DNA from: Desulfarculia bacterium | GTDB taxonomy: Bacteria; Desulfobacterota; Desulfarculia; Adiutricales; JAGVGV01 | DNA: 64,000 nucleotides | Direction: 5' to 3' | Assembly (NCBI GenBank): GCA_963662445.1 | Contig: OY759590.1 | Coordinates: forward strand, 3,520,249-3,584,248 | Shown here: piece by piece, positions 34,704-43,049 of the stretch | How positions within the stretch are numbered: position 1 is the first letter of the stretch | Layout: the number at the start of each line of letters is the position of its first letter | Notes under the pieces: generated by a model | The model's input: the letters and a program-made list of their open reading frames with translations, nothing else | The model's database searches: none | What the model was told of the DNA's origin: nothing | Made by a program: the position numbers and the translations under genes

Positions 34704-35459
34704 ATGGAGCAGCCGGCCAGGCGGCGTCTTCTGGAAAGAGTTGAGGATTCGGCTCCCGCTTTTACCATAGACGATGTGCAACTGGGGGCCAAATACTGCG
34801 GAGTCAGGCTGGATGACGGATCGGCGGGCGTGGCCTTCAACTTCGGTGAAACACCGCCGGATGACAGGCCTCTTTTCGGAGGCATAACCGATTTTCAGGG
34901 ACTTCCGGCCACCGAACTTTTGAAATTCGTTGAATCCTCCCAAACTCTGGAAGCGGCCGTGGGCCTGGCCGCGCTCAATGCCCTGCTGAACAGGCACCGG
35001 CCCGAATTCTTCGGCGGCGATGTCCTGGAACTCGCCCAGATTCGCCAAACCGACCGGGTGGGCATGGTCGGCTACTTCGCGCCCATAATGGAACGCCTTA
35101 ACAAGATGTCCGGCGAGGTTCTGGTTTTCGAAAAGAACCTGGCCAGGGCCGACGGACTTCTGCCCGAGTCCGAAGCGGCCAAGCTGCTGCCTGAATGCCA
35201 AGTGACCTTACTGACGGCTACATCCCTGATTAACCATACTTTCGAAGGGTTGCTGGAAGGCGTCCGGCTCTGCCGGGAAGTGGTCATTCTGGGGTCTTCA
35301 ACGCCCATGTGCCGAAGGGCATTCGCCGATACGCCGGTGACCCTTCTGTCGGGAATTGTCATTGATGAGCCGGATAAGTTGATGCGCGTGGTCGGGGAAG
35401 GCGGAGGGACCAGGAGGTTCAAGGGCCTGGTCAGCAAGGTCAATTGCCGCCTGAAATAA
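34704..35459 (+). CDS. DUF4213/DUF364 (putative heavy-metal chelation, Rossmann-like) domain protein
   Basis: 'AKYCGVRLDDGSAGVAFNF' N-domain and 'VGMVGYFAPI ... LLTATSLINHT' C-domain, as I recall these families. ATG 34704 is preceded by AAGGAAGGGG. Confidence 0.65.
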   Translation: MEQPARRRLLERVEDSAPAFTIDDVQLGAKYCGVRLDDGSAGVAFNFGETPPDDRPLFGGITDFQGLPATELLKFVESSQTLEAAVGLAALNALLNRHRPEFFGGDVLELAQIRQTDRVGMVGYFAPIMERLNKMSGEVLVFEKNLARADGLLPESEAAKLLPECQVTLLTATSLINHTFEGLLEGVRLCREVVILGSSTPMCRRAFADTPVTLLSGIVIDEPDKLMRVVGEGGGTRRFKGLVSKVNCRLK

Positions 35460-35625
35460 TCCTCCAGGTGTCGAAGCCCTGAAAAAGGATGAAGGTGGAA
35501 GCCAGGAAGGGGCCGGAGCATCCACGTCGGCAATCACCCCTTTACTGCTTGCGCCAGCCCCACACCATGTATAACCCTACCAGAAACAGTATCGAACCCA
35601 CGCCCGCGGGTGATCCCTTGGACAC

Positions 35626-35769
35626 TCAGAGCAGAGGCACGAATTCATTGGCCGTTGGAACAGGGCAGGACGCCGCTTGCGGAGACCATAACAGGCGGTA
35701 AACCCACAACCCGATGGCCGAGGCTATCAGCCCCCAGCCCATCCAGAAGACAACCGGCCTTTTTTTCAT
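35626..35769 (-). CDS. Small (47 aa) hypothetical membrane protein, below the ORF-track cutoff
   Basis: GGAGGTGGTTGTTG precedes the ATG. The product is 'MKKRPVVFWMGWGLIASAIGLWVYRLLWSPQAASCPVPTANEFVPLL', with one TM helix. Confidence 0.35.
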   Translation of the reverse strand: MKKRPVVFWMGWGLIASAIGLWVYRLLWSPQAASCPVPTANEFVPLL

Positions 35770-35801
35770 CAACAACCACCTCCGCCGCCCGGAGCCGCTC
35801 T

Positions 35802-36035
35802 TTATTCCTCGGACGTTTCCGCCAGGGAAATCATGTCCAGGGTGAGATCGGTTTTCAGAGCCTCCAGGTAGCCGATCAGTTCGGGCAGATTTTCCGTGAA
35901 AGTCATATAGGAAAACCTGACGCCGCTTTTTTTCTTGCCGATGACCAGAGCTTCGACGACTTCGTCCTTTTCGTCCTGCAGACAGTCGATTATTTCCTGA
36001 ACTATATTGAGGCGCTTGAACGGAAGCACTTTCAT
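35802..36035 (-). CDS. Small (77 aa) acidic hypothetical protein
   Basis: ATG 36035 is preceded by AGGAAGAAG. The product begins 'MKVLPFKRLNIVQEIIDCLQDEKDEVVEALVIGKKKSG...'. I recognised no family. Confidence 0.4.
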   Translation of the reverse strand: MKVLPFKRLNIVQEIIDCLQDEKDEVVEALVIGKKKSGVRFSYMTFTENLPELIGYLEALKTDLTLDMISLAETSEE

Positions 36036-36263
36036 GATCGCTTCTTCCTCTCGTGGCGGTATGTCGCCGGCGTTTCGCCCGGCCGGATTTCGTCGGTCAG
36101 GCCGACTGCTCCGCGCATTCATACTGCAAATCGGCTTATTAGGCAAACCATATATCATCCGGTTTTGCCCAAAAGCATACAGGGGTTTGTCTCTTTGTCA
36201 AGCCGAGTCCGGCGGGCAGGCCGGACAGGCCTGTCCGCAGGCAATGTTTCACGTTGAAGCCAT

Positions 36264-36288
36264 AAAAAAAGCCCCTGCATGAGGGGCC
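36264..36288 (-). terminator. Rho-independent terminator after the TetR gene
   Basis: The minus strand reads GGCCCCTCATGCAGGGGC followed by TTTTTTT. Confidence 0.7.
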
Positions 36289-36317
36289 TTGTGTCCGGCC
36301 GGGAAGCCGGAACCGGT

Positions 36318-36929
36318 TCAGATGGAAACGGCCTTTAAAAAGAAGGCGGTTTGCAGCCGCAGATAGTCGGGCAGGGGCAGGCGCTTTTTGTAATGCCAGT
36401 TTTTGAGAGCCCAGGTGTGTCCGGCGATTATCATGTTATGGGCGATCAGGTCAGTGTCCATGGAAGAAAACCTTCCCTGGGCGATACCCTCTTCGAGTAT
36501 CTGCTGGAAAATCTTGACGTGCTCCATCTCCGCCGCCATTATCTTCTTCCGGCCATCCTTGTCCAGGGTGCGCGACTCCCGATAAACCAGGATGACCTTG
36601 ATCATGCATTCATCAACCAGGTTAAAGAAGACCTCCAGGGCTTTTTTCAGCTTGTCGGCCGGGTCTTTCAACTGGTCCAGCTGGGGCAGAATCCTCTCCT
36701 GGAATTTCCGTGTAAAGGCCTCCATTATCAGAAGCATGATATCGGATTTACGGCGGACGTAATGGTAGGTAACCGGGACGCTGATTCCGGCATCGGCGGC
36801 TATTTCCTCAACCGATGTCTGATGCAGACCTTTCTTTTCGTACAGTCCGCTGGCTGCTTCGATGATAAGATGCTTGATACTGTCGGCTTCAGCCTCCGAG
36901 ACGACACGGGTCTGGGCGTCTTGACTCAT
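36318..36929 (-). CDS. TetR/AcrR family transcriptional regulator
   Basis: N-terminal HTH 'KKGLHQTSVEEIAADAGISVPVTYHYVRRKSDI'. Confidence 0.85.
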   Translation of the reverse strand: MSQDAQTRVVSEAEADSIKHLIIEAASGLYEKKGLHQTSVEEIAADAGISVPVTYHYVRRKSDIMLLIMEAFTRKFQERILPQLDQLKDPADKLKKALEVFFNLVDECMIKVILVYRESRTLDKDGRKKIMAAEMEHVKIFQQILEEGIAQGRFSSMDTDLIAHNMIIAGHTWALKNWHYKKRLPLPDYLRLQTAFFLKAVSI

Positions 36930-37171
36930 GGCCTCCTCCGTAAGCTGAGTGTTGGTTCACGAACAAATTGTCTGTATGATTAGATTTTCAACCCAACCTG
37001 CCTGCCTGTCAACCGTTTTCTGTTATTTGGCCTTGTGGAAGATTTCTCTTCCATGCCCCGCTCCCGGCAGTCAGTCTTTTGATGATAAGGATGGATACGC
37101 CGCCGGACCGGTATCGGCCTGTGTCAGGCTGAGCATACCGGCCGGGCGGACTGCTGCGGACGAGCCGTTTC

Positions 37172-37702
37172 TCAGGCTCCCAGGCGGTAGCCGTTATTGA
37201 CCAGGAAGTTTATGACCTTTTCATTCTTGTCCAGAAAGCTCTGGGCGCTTTTGGCCAGCCCCTGCAACTCTTCGTCATCCTCCGGCGTAACCGGAATGCC
37301 CGAAGAACTGCCCATATAGAGCAGCGGCTGTTTTTCCAGCGCATCGGCCAGTTTCTTGCGGGTATCCTCGTCAACCCGCTCCAGCAGTTCCTCCCGGCGA
37401 AAAGCCCGTGCTTCCCGGCCCGAAGAGCCGTCCACGATGACCAGCACGTAATCGTCGGCCAGGTCGGGATGGTCCTGCAGATAAGCAGCCGTCTCTCCGG
37501 CCAGGTCAATGGTCACCCGGTCGCAGATGTTCTGCATGGAAAAAGAAACCATCATCTCGGCCCGGTTGGACAGAAAATCCAGCATGCCCGAGCTTTTATC
37601 CGATCCGGTATTCCCGGCCCACCAGGGGCTGCTGGCCTGTTGCGAAAGCCACGTGGAAACCGAACTGCTGTAGGAACTGTAAGGATTTATCGTGGAACTC
37701 AT
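37172..37702 (-). CDS. Hypothetical protein (176 aa)
   Basis: ATG 37702 was chosen (GAGGGAAAGG upstream). The N-terminus is Ser-rich. I recognised no family. The ORF track extends to 37957. Confidence 0.45.
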   Translation of the reverse strand: MSSTINPYSSYSSSVSTWLSQQASSPWWAGNTGSDKSSGMLDFLSNRAEMMVSFSMQNICDRVTIDLAGETAAYLQDHPDLADDYVLVIVDGSSGREARAFRREELLERVDEDTRKKLADALEKQPLLYMGSSSGIPVTPEDDEELQGLAKSAQSFLDKNEKVINFLVNNGYRLGA

Positions 37703-37969
37703 TGTCAATACCGCCTTTCCCTCATGTTCACCCGGATACCCATTGCAAACGCCTTGCCAGTCCATTTTCCTTCTCAATGTTTGAAAAATCCGCGCCGATT
37801 GGCTATGTTGGAGATGCGGCTCTGGGGAGGCGAGGCCTCTTTTGCCCGGCAAACACCGAAAAACCGGCATAATTTGCCTCCCGGACCACTCTGCGGGGCC
37901 GCGGACATATGGAGAAAAATAACCGACCCCGTGGCTTTCCGGAAAAAAGGTCGGCACAAGGCGGAGAAT

Positions 37970-38703
37970 ATGGCGCTCATGGAAGAAAAGCTGGCTCTAC
38001 TGTCCACCATCGAACGGGTCTTCGAAGACTTCATCCTCAGCCGCAACCGGCTCGCCTGCAAGCCCGGCTGCGCGGTCTGCTGCACCAGGCATCTGGCCGG
38101 CACCACCCTGGAAGCCTACCGGCTCTTACAGGGGCTCAGAACAATCGGCCGTCAGGACCTCATCGACCTCCTGCCGGAAATAACCGCTTCGGACATCTTC
38201 CGGCCCAGAATCACCACCAACGGGCTGGCCATGGCCTGCATGACTCAGCACGAGCCCCCGGAAGAAACTCCCGGCACGGACGACCGTCCCTGCCCTTTTC
38301 TGGAAAACAATCTCTGCCTGGTCTACGACCAGCGTCCCTGACCTGCCGGTCCATGTTCTCGCGGGAAACATGCCAGCCGGGAGGAGAAGGCGAAGTCCCG
38401 CCGGAAATCGTCACCATCAGCACGGTCTGCGCCCAGATAGTCGAACACCTGGATGTGGACGGCTACTACGGCAGCATCCACGACCTGCTACAGACCCTCA
38501 CCGACGACTCCCTGTTCCAAAAGTACGCCTCCGGCGGAAAAATTAGGATAAAGTCCTATCCGACCAAGCCCCTGCCGGGACTCCCGGTCCCGCCGGAACA
38601 ACAAGAAATCGTCCAGGAATTCCTGGAACGCCTGTTCAAAACAGACTGCGAAGGCATGACCTTCCGCGAAAAAATGGCCGCGATACGCGACGCACCCTTC
38701 TGA
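37970..38703 (+). pseudogene. YkgJ-type (CxxCxxCC) Cys-cluster zinc/iron-chelating protein, interrupted by a 1-nt frameshift near 38338
   Basis: The frame-A product is 'CKPGCAVCC...CPFLENNLCLVYDQRP*'. The family motif continues as 'LTCRSMFS' in the overlapping frame (ORF 37909..38703). One extra C in the CCC run at 38336-38338 would restore 'YDQRPLTCRSMF'. Confidence 0.6.
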
Positions 38704-38709
38704 GGAGGA

Positions 38710-39060
38710 TTGAAATTGATCAAAGGAAACCAGAAAGACGTTCAACCCATACCGGCAACCATGCCGGGAGCCAAAGGCGCGGGCATCCAGTGGTTGATAG
38801 CCAAACCCGAAGGCGCTCCGAACTTCTACATGCGCCGAGTCATAGTTGAGGAAGGCGGGCTGATACCCGTGCACCAGCACCCCGAAGAGCACGAAATGTA
38901 TATACTTTCCGGGCAGGGGCGGGCCGAGCAGGAAGGCGAATCAACCGACATCGGACCGGGAGACTTCCTCTTTGTCCCCAGCGGCATCAAGCACTCCGTG
39001 ACCAATACCGGCCCAGGGCAACTGACCTTCATCTGCTGCATCAACGTGGTAGGGGAGTAA
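38710..39060 (+). CDS. Cupin domain protein
   Basis: 'GGLIPVHQHPEEHEMYILSGQG ... GDFLFVPSGIKHSVTNTG' are the cupin motifs. TTG start; TTG 38716 is also possible. Confidence 0.75.
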   Translation: MKLIKGNQKDVQPIPATMPGAKGAGIQWLIAKPEGAPNFYMRRVIVEEGGLIPVHQHPEEHEMYILSGQGRAEQEGESTDIGPGDFLFVPSGIKHSVTNTGPGQLTFICCINVVGE

Positions 39061-39064
39061 TAAA

Positions 39065-40282
39065 ATGGCGGCGGGCGTTTCCGCTCAGGGTTGGCCATCA
39101 AAAAGCGAACTGAACCGGCGCACCCGCCGCCTCCAGCGCCTCCTGGCTTCGGACGGCCTGGACGGAGCCCTGATGCTCCAGAACGTCGATCTCATCTATC
39201 TGGCCGGCACCACCCAGGCCGAAGCGGTCTTCGTTCCCCGGCAAGGCGCTCCGCTGGTTCTGGCCCGGCCGCCCCTGGACCGGCTGAACGCCGAATGCCC
39301 CCTGCCGGACCAGGACGTTATGCCTCCCTGGCCCCAGCTCCGCGCCAGACTGGAACAGCATACCGGCCGGAACATCGGACGGCTCGGCCTGGAACTTGAT
39401 GTGCTGCCCGTGGCCTTCTACCGGAAGCTCACCGAAAAGGCCCTAGCCGGACTGGATATCGCCGACGCCTCTCCCTTCATCCGACAAACCAGGGCCGTCA
39501 AATCCAAATTCGAACTGGCCCGGATGAACAGGGCGGCCCGGGAAATAGACCACGTCTTCCGGGCCATTCCCCGGCTCCTGAAACCCGGCCGGACCGAACT
39601 CCAAGTCGAGGCCGGACTCATGGCCCGCGCCCGCGCCCGAGGCCATCAGGGACTCATCCGCACACGCGGCTTCAATCAGGAAATTTATTTCGGCCACCTG
39701 CTCTCCGGACCGAACGGACTGGTCCCCGCCAAGGTCAATTCGCCCACCGGCGGACAGGGCGTCGGCCCCGGCCTGGGGCAGGGCGCGGGTCCCCGCGTCA
39801 TCGGACCGGGCGAACTGGTCAGCGCCGACCTCTGCGGAACCAGCGGCGGGTACATTGTCGATCAGACCCGCCTCTACTTTACCGGCCGGGCGCCGGACCG
39901 CCTCCGCCGCGCCTCGGACGGTCTGAACGAACTCATGGACCGGCTGGCCGATTTCATCCGGCCAGGCATAACCGGCGGACAGATCTATGAGCAGGCCTTC
40001 AAAACAGCCTCCGCCCTCGGCCTGGAACAGGGCTTCATGGGGCTTGGCCGCGATATCTGCCCTTTTGTGGGGCACGGTATCGGCCTTGAACTCGACGAGT
40101 GGCCCATCCTTGCCCGAGGCGTGGGACAGGTTCTGGAAAAAGATATGACCTTCGCCCTGGAACCCAGGATATTCATGCCCGAATTCGGCGTCGTCGGTAT
40201 CGAAGACACCTTCCACCTCACCGAAGACGGCCCCGTCCCCCTCAACCTCACCCCTCGCGGACTCTGTGAAGTCGAAAAATAG
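39065..40282 (+). CDS. M24 family metallopeptidase (Xaa-Pro aminopeptidase/creatinase-like)
   Basis: 405 aa. N-terminal creatinase/prolidase domain and C-terminal pita-bread fold ('DLCGTSGGYIVDQTR', 'VGHGIGLELDEWP', 'FALEPRIF'). Confidence 0.85.
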   Translation: MAAGVSAQGWPSKSELNRRTRRLQRLLASDGLDGALMLQNVDLIYLAGTTQAEAVFVPRQGAPLVLARPPLDRLNAECPLPDQDVMPPWPQLRARLEQHTGRNIGRLGLELDVLPVAFYRKLTEKALAGLDIADASPFIRQTRAVKSKFELARMNRAAREIDHVFRAIPRLLKPGRTELQVEAGLMARARARGHQGLIRTRGFNQEIYFGHLLSGPNGLVPAKVNSPTGGQGVGPGLGQGAGPRVIGPGELVSADLCGTSGGYIVDQTRLYFTGRAPDRLRRASDGLNELMDRLADFIRPGITGGQIYEQAFKTASALGLEQGFMGLGRDICPFVGHGIGLELDEWPILARGVGQVLEKDMTFALEPRIFMPEFGVVGIEDTFHLTEDGPVPLNLTPRGLCEVEK

Positions 40283-40350
40283 TATTGCCTTGAGCCGTCC
40301 TCCGGGGTGTAGAATATGAAGTGATGACGCCTTGTCTGCGGGAGGGAAAC

Positions 40351-40713
40351 ATGCCCTGGGTGGATGAAGATACCTGTTACGGTTGCGGCGACTGCCTCGA
40401 AACCTGTCCGGTTGAAGCCATAACCCTGTCCGGCCATGTGGCCTTCGTGGATCAGGACCTCTGCATATGCTGCGGCCGGTGCCTCGATTCCTGCGCCAAC
40501 AACTCCCTGCGTGAAGAAGAAGCCCGGATTCAAGCCCTGGTCGCCGCCAATGTCGAATTCACCGAATTCTGCCTGGAAGCCTGCGCCCGTAACTTCGACG
40601 GCGACCCGGCCGTCAAAGCCGCCTGCCTGCAAAGGCTCTTAAACAGATTCGAGCAGGAAAAAACCGTGGCCGAACTGACACTGGAAAGACTCCGGCATCT
40701 GTACCAGGCCTGA
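40351..40713 (+). CDS. 4Fe-4S dicluster ferredoxin-domain protein with helical C-terminal extension
   Basis: 'CYGCGDCLETCP' and 'CICCGRCLDSC'. GGGAGGGAAAC precedes ATG 40351. Confidence 0.7.
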   Translation: MPWVDEDTCYGCGDCLETCPVEAITLSGHVAFVDQDLCICCGRCLDSCANNSLREEEARIQALVAANVEFTEFCLEACARNFDGDPAVKAACLQRLLNRFEQEKTVAELTLERLRHLYQA

Positions 40714-40746
40714 TGCCCCCCGGCGAGGCCTATCTTCCTTATAGCC

Positions 40747-41553
40747 TTAAACAAACCCGTGGGTCTGGGACAGCTTGACAAACATTTGTGCCAGCCCCGC
40801 CCCCAGCATGAAAGCCGAGTCCACATCGCTGTTCACGTCCATGGTCTCGTCAAAATAGACGCCCAGGGTCGATTCCATCCCGTCTTCGGGCAACCAGTAG
40901 CAGATCATGACCGGAACCAGAGGCAAGGGGTGCAGCACCACGGACACATCCGACTCGAACTGCTTTTCCACTTCCCGGCCGCTGAACATGTGGATGATGG
41001 CGTCGAACAGGTCGGTTTCTATGTCGGCCGCCCGCTTCATGGATTCTTCACAGCGCTTGCGGAAAAGCGGATACAGTTCCCGGCCGTTTTTCAGGTCCCT
41101 CAGGGAAACCCATTTGCCCGACGGAGGCCGTCCCTGCCCATACAACACGTGTTTGAGGAAAGGGACAACCACCCAGGGGTTGACATGTATGTCGGAAAAA
41201 AGCTTCCCCGTTGAGTCAATACTGAAATCCTTGCCCAGCACCTTGAGCGTCAGCCGGTTTCCGGTACAGGTCCCGCCCAGCCTGGCTGCGGCCTCCGCGA
41301 AATCGGCCCGTGCCGCCTCGCCGACCAGACCGGCCATCAAGGCTTCCCGGCTGGCCTGCTCATTGTCCGAAACAACAGGACCGCCGCTTAGGCGTTCAAC
41401 TGTCCCGCCGTCCAGCCGGGGGCAGTCGCTCAAAGCCCGGCGATCCTGAAAAACAGCCCCGGCAAAAGCCAGGCAGGTCTTTTCCCCGCACTCCCGGCAG
41501 TTGGATTTTTCCAGCAGCTTGAATACTTCCATGGCATTTCTGAACTGGCTCAT
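40747..41553 (-). CDS. Fe-S-binding N-terminal domain + DUF3786-like protein
   Basis: GGAGG before ATG 41553. The N-terminus 'NCRECGEKTCLAFAGAV' resembles the CFeSP-type putative Fe-S cluster domain. My assignment of the remainder to DUF3786 is tentative. Confidence 0.55.
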   Translation of the reverse strand: MSQFRNAMEVFKLLEKSNCRECGEKTCLAFAGAVFQDRRALSDCPRLDGGTVERLSGGPVVSDNEQASREALMAGLVGEAARADFAEAAARLGGTCTGNRLTLKVLGKDFSIDSTGKLFSDIHVNPWVVVPFLKHVLYGQGRPPSGKWVSLRDLKNGRELYPLFRKRCEESMKRAADIETDLFDAIIHMFSGREVEKQFESDVSVVLHPLPLVPVMICYWLPEDGMESTLGVYFDETMDVNSDVDSAFMLGAGLAQMFVKLSQTHGFV

Positions 41554-41763
41554 GAGGCAGACCTCCTTCGATTTTTTATTATAAGCATATCGGGGCGCCG
41601 GGCAACCACTTCTCCACAAGGAAAAGAGTTGATAAAAAATAACGGCTGAGCAAAGATAGGCATAATAATGCATTGTCCCAGCTTTGACCGGCCGATTTAC
41701 CGGCTGGTAATCCTCCTTCGTCATGCGGTTGGAACGCAGCCCGCCTCAAAAACGGTGAAAAAA

Positions 41764-42651
41764 ATGACGAAAAAAAGGATTGAGACCAAGATATCGAGAA
41801 CTGCGGAGTGGACTTGTTTGTCCAGGGCGGCTTCTTCGCTCGAAAAGAACAGCCATTACCGCAGCAATGACCACCTGGCTCTCTTGCTCGTTCCGACCCT
41901 TCTGAGCCTTTCTTTGCGCATTTCCCTGTTCAGGAAAATATTCAGCCGTTTTATGGCACCCAAGGGTATTTACGAGTACACGACCGCCAGGACCAGGTAC
42001 ATCGATTCGGTTTTCCGCCAGGTTTTGGCCGATGGTTTTGAGCAGGTGCTGATTTTCGGCGCGGGATTCGACACCAGGGCTCTGCGTTTTGAGGCCGAAG
42101 CCGGAAGGACCAGAATATTCGAACTGGATGTCCCGACGACTCAACAGGCCAAAATCAAGCAATATAAAAAACGGGGATTGCCTACACCGGCCAACCTTGA
42201 GTTCGTTCCGGTCGATTTCGACCGGGAATCGCTTCCATCCGTTCTGGCCGAAGCGGGGTTCCGCTGCGGAGCCAAAAGCTTCTTTCTGTTGGAAGGCTTG
42301 CTGATGTACCTGCAACAGGAATCGGTGGATGAAACCTTCAGGGTCATTGCGGAGCTGTCGGGCCGGGACAGTATCGTCGCCTTTGATTATATCCGGATGT
42401 CGGCCATCCGGCGTCCTGAATCCTGCTATGGTGGAACAGAACTGTTCAGGGCCGTGGAAAAGGTCGGCGAAACATACAGTTTCGGGATTGAAGACGGAGA
42501 GTTGGAACTATTCCTGCGCAAATATGGTTTGAGCCTGAGTGAAAAATTGCGGGCCATGGATCTGGAACAGCGATATTTCACCGATTCCTCGGGACGGACA
42601 GTGGGGCGGGTCAACGAAACCCATTGCATAGTAAAGGCGTCGAAAACCTGA
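41764..42651 (+). CDS. Class I SAM-dependent methyltransferase (Ppm1/LCMT-like, TIGR00027-type)
   Basis: 'RTAEWTCLSRA', 'ARTRYID', 'QVLIFGAGFDTR' and 'FLLEGLLMYL' are typical of this O-methyltransferase family. Confidence 0.75.
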   Translation: MTKKRIETKISRTAEWTCLSRAASSLEKNSHYRSNDHLALLLVPTLLSLSLRISLFRKIFSRFMAPKGIYEYTTARTRYIDSVFRQVLADGFEQVLIFGAGFDTRALRFEAEAGRTRIFELDVPTTQQAKIKQYKKRGLPTPANLEFVPVDFDRESLPSVLAEAGFRCGAKSFFLLEGLLMYLQQESVDETFRVIAELSGRDSIVAFDYIRMSAIRRPESCYGGTELFRAVEKVGETYSFGIEDGELELFLRKYGLSLSEKLRAMDLEQRYFTDSSGRTVGRVNETHCIVKASKT

Positions 42652-42672
42652 AAAAATGCTGGAGGAGCCAGG

Positions 42673-43035
42673 ATGAATTGCGAAAAATGCGGCGACGCCA
42701 TACCCACAAATGAAGAAAGGGACTTCCACGGACGAAAACTCTGCGAGGACTGTTACATGGACGCCCTTTCCCCGGCCCGCACCTGCGACCCCTGGGCCGC
42801 TCACAGCGCCAAAAATCTCCGGGATGCGGGGACGGGGGCCGGGCCGGAAGTAAGTCCCCGCCAGCAGAGCATCCTGGACGTCCTGCGGGAAACCGGCGGC
42901 TGCACCCTGCCCGAACTGGCCGAACGTCTCCAGATCAAACCCACCGACCTTGAACGGGAAATCGCCGCCCTGCGCCACGGCGAAAAGGTCCGGGGACAAC
43001 TCCGCAACGGCGTCCGCTACCTGCTGCTCTGGTAA
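42673..43035 (+). CDS. Zinc-ribbon + winged-helix-like small protein
   Basis: 'CEKCGDAI...CEDCY' is a CxxC...CxxC pattern. The C-terminal 'LPELAERLQIKPTDLEREIAALRHGEKV' looks HTH-like. Confidence 0.5.
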   Translation: MNCEKCGDAIPTNEERDFHGRKLCEDCYMDALSPARTCDPWAAHSAKNLRDAGTGAGPEVSPRQQSILDVLRETGGCTLPELAERLQIKPTDLEREIAALRHGEKVRGQLRNGVRYLLLW

Positions 43036-43049
43036 CCCGGCCGCCGGGA

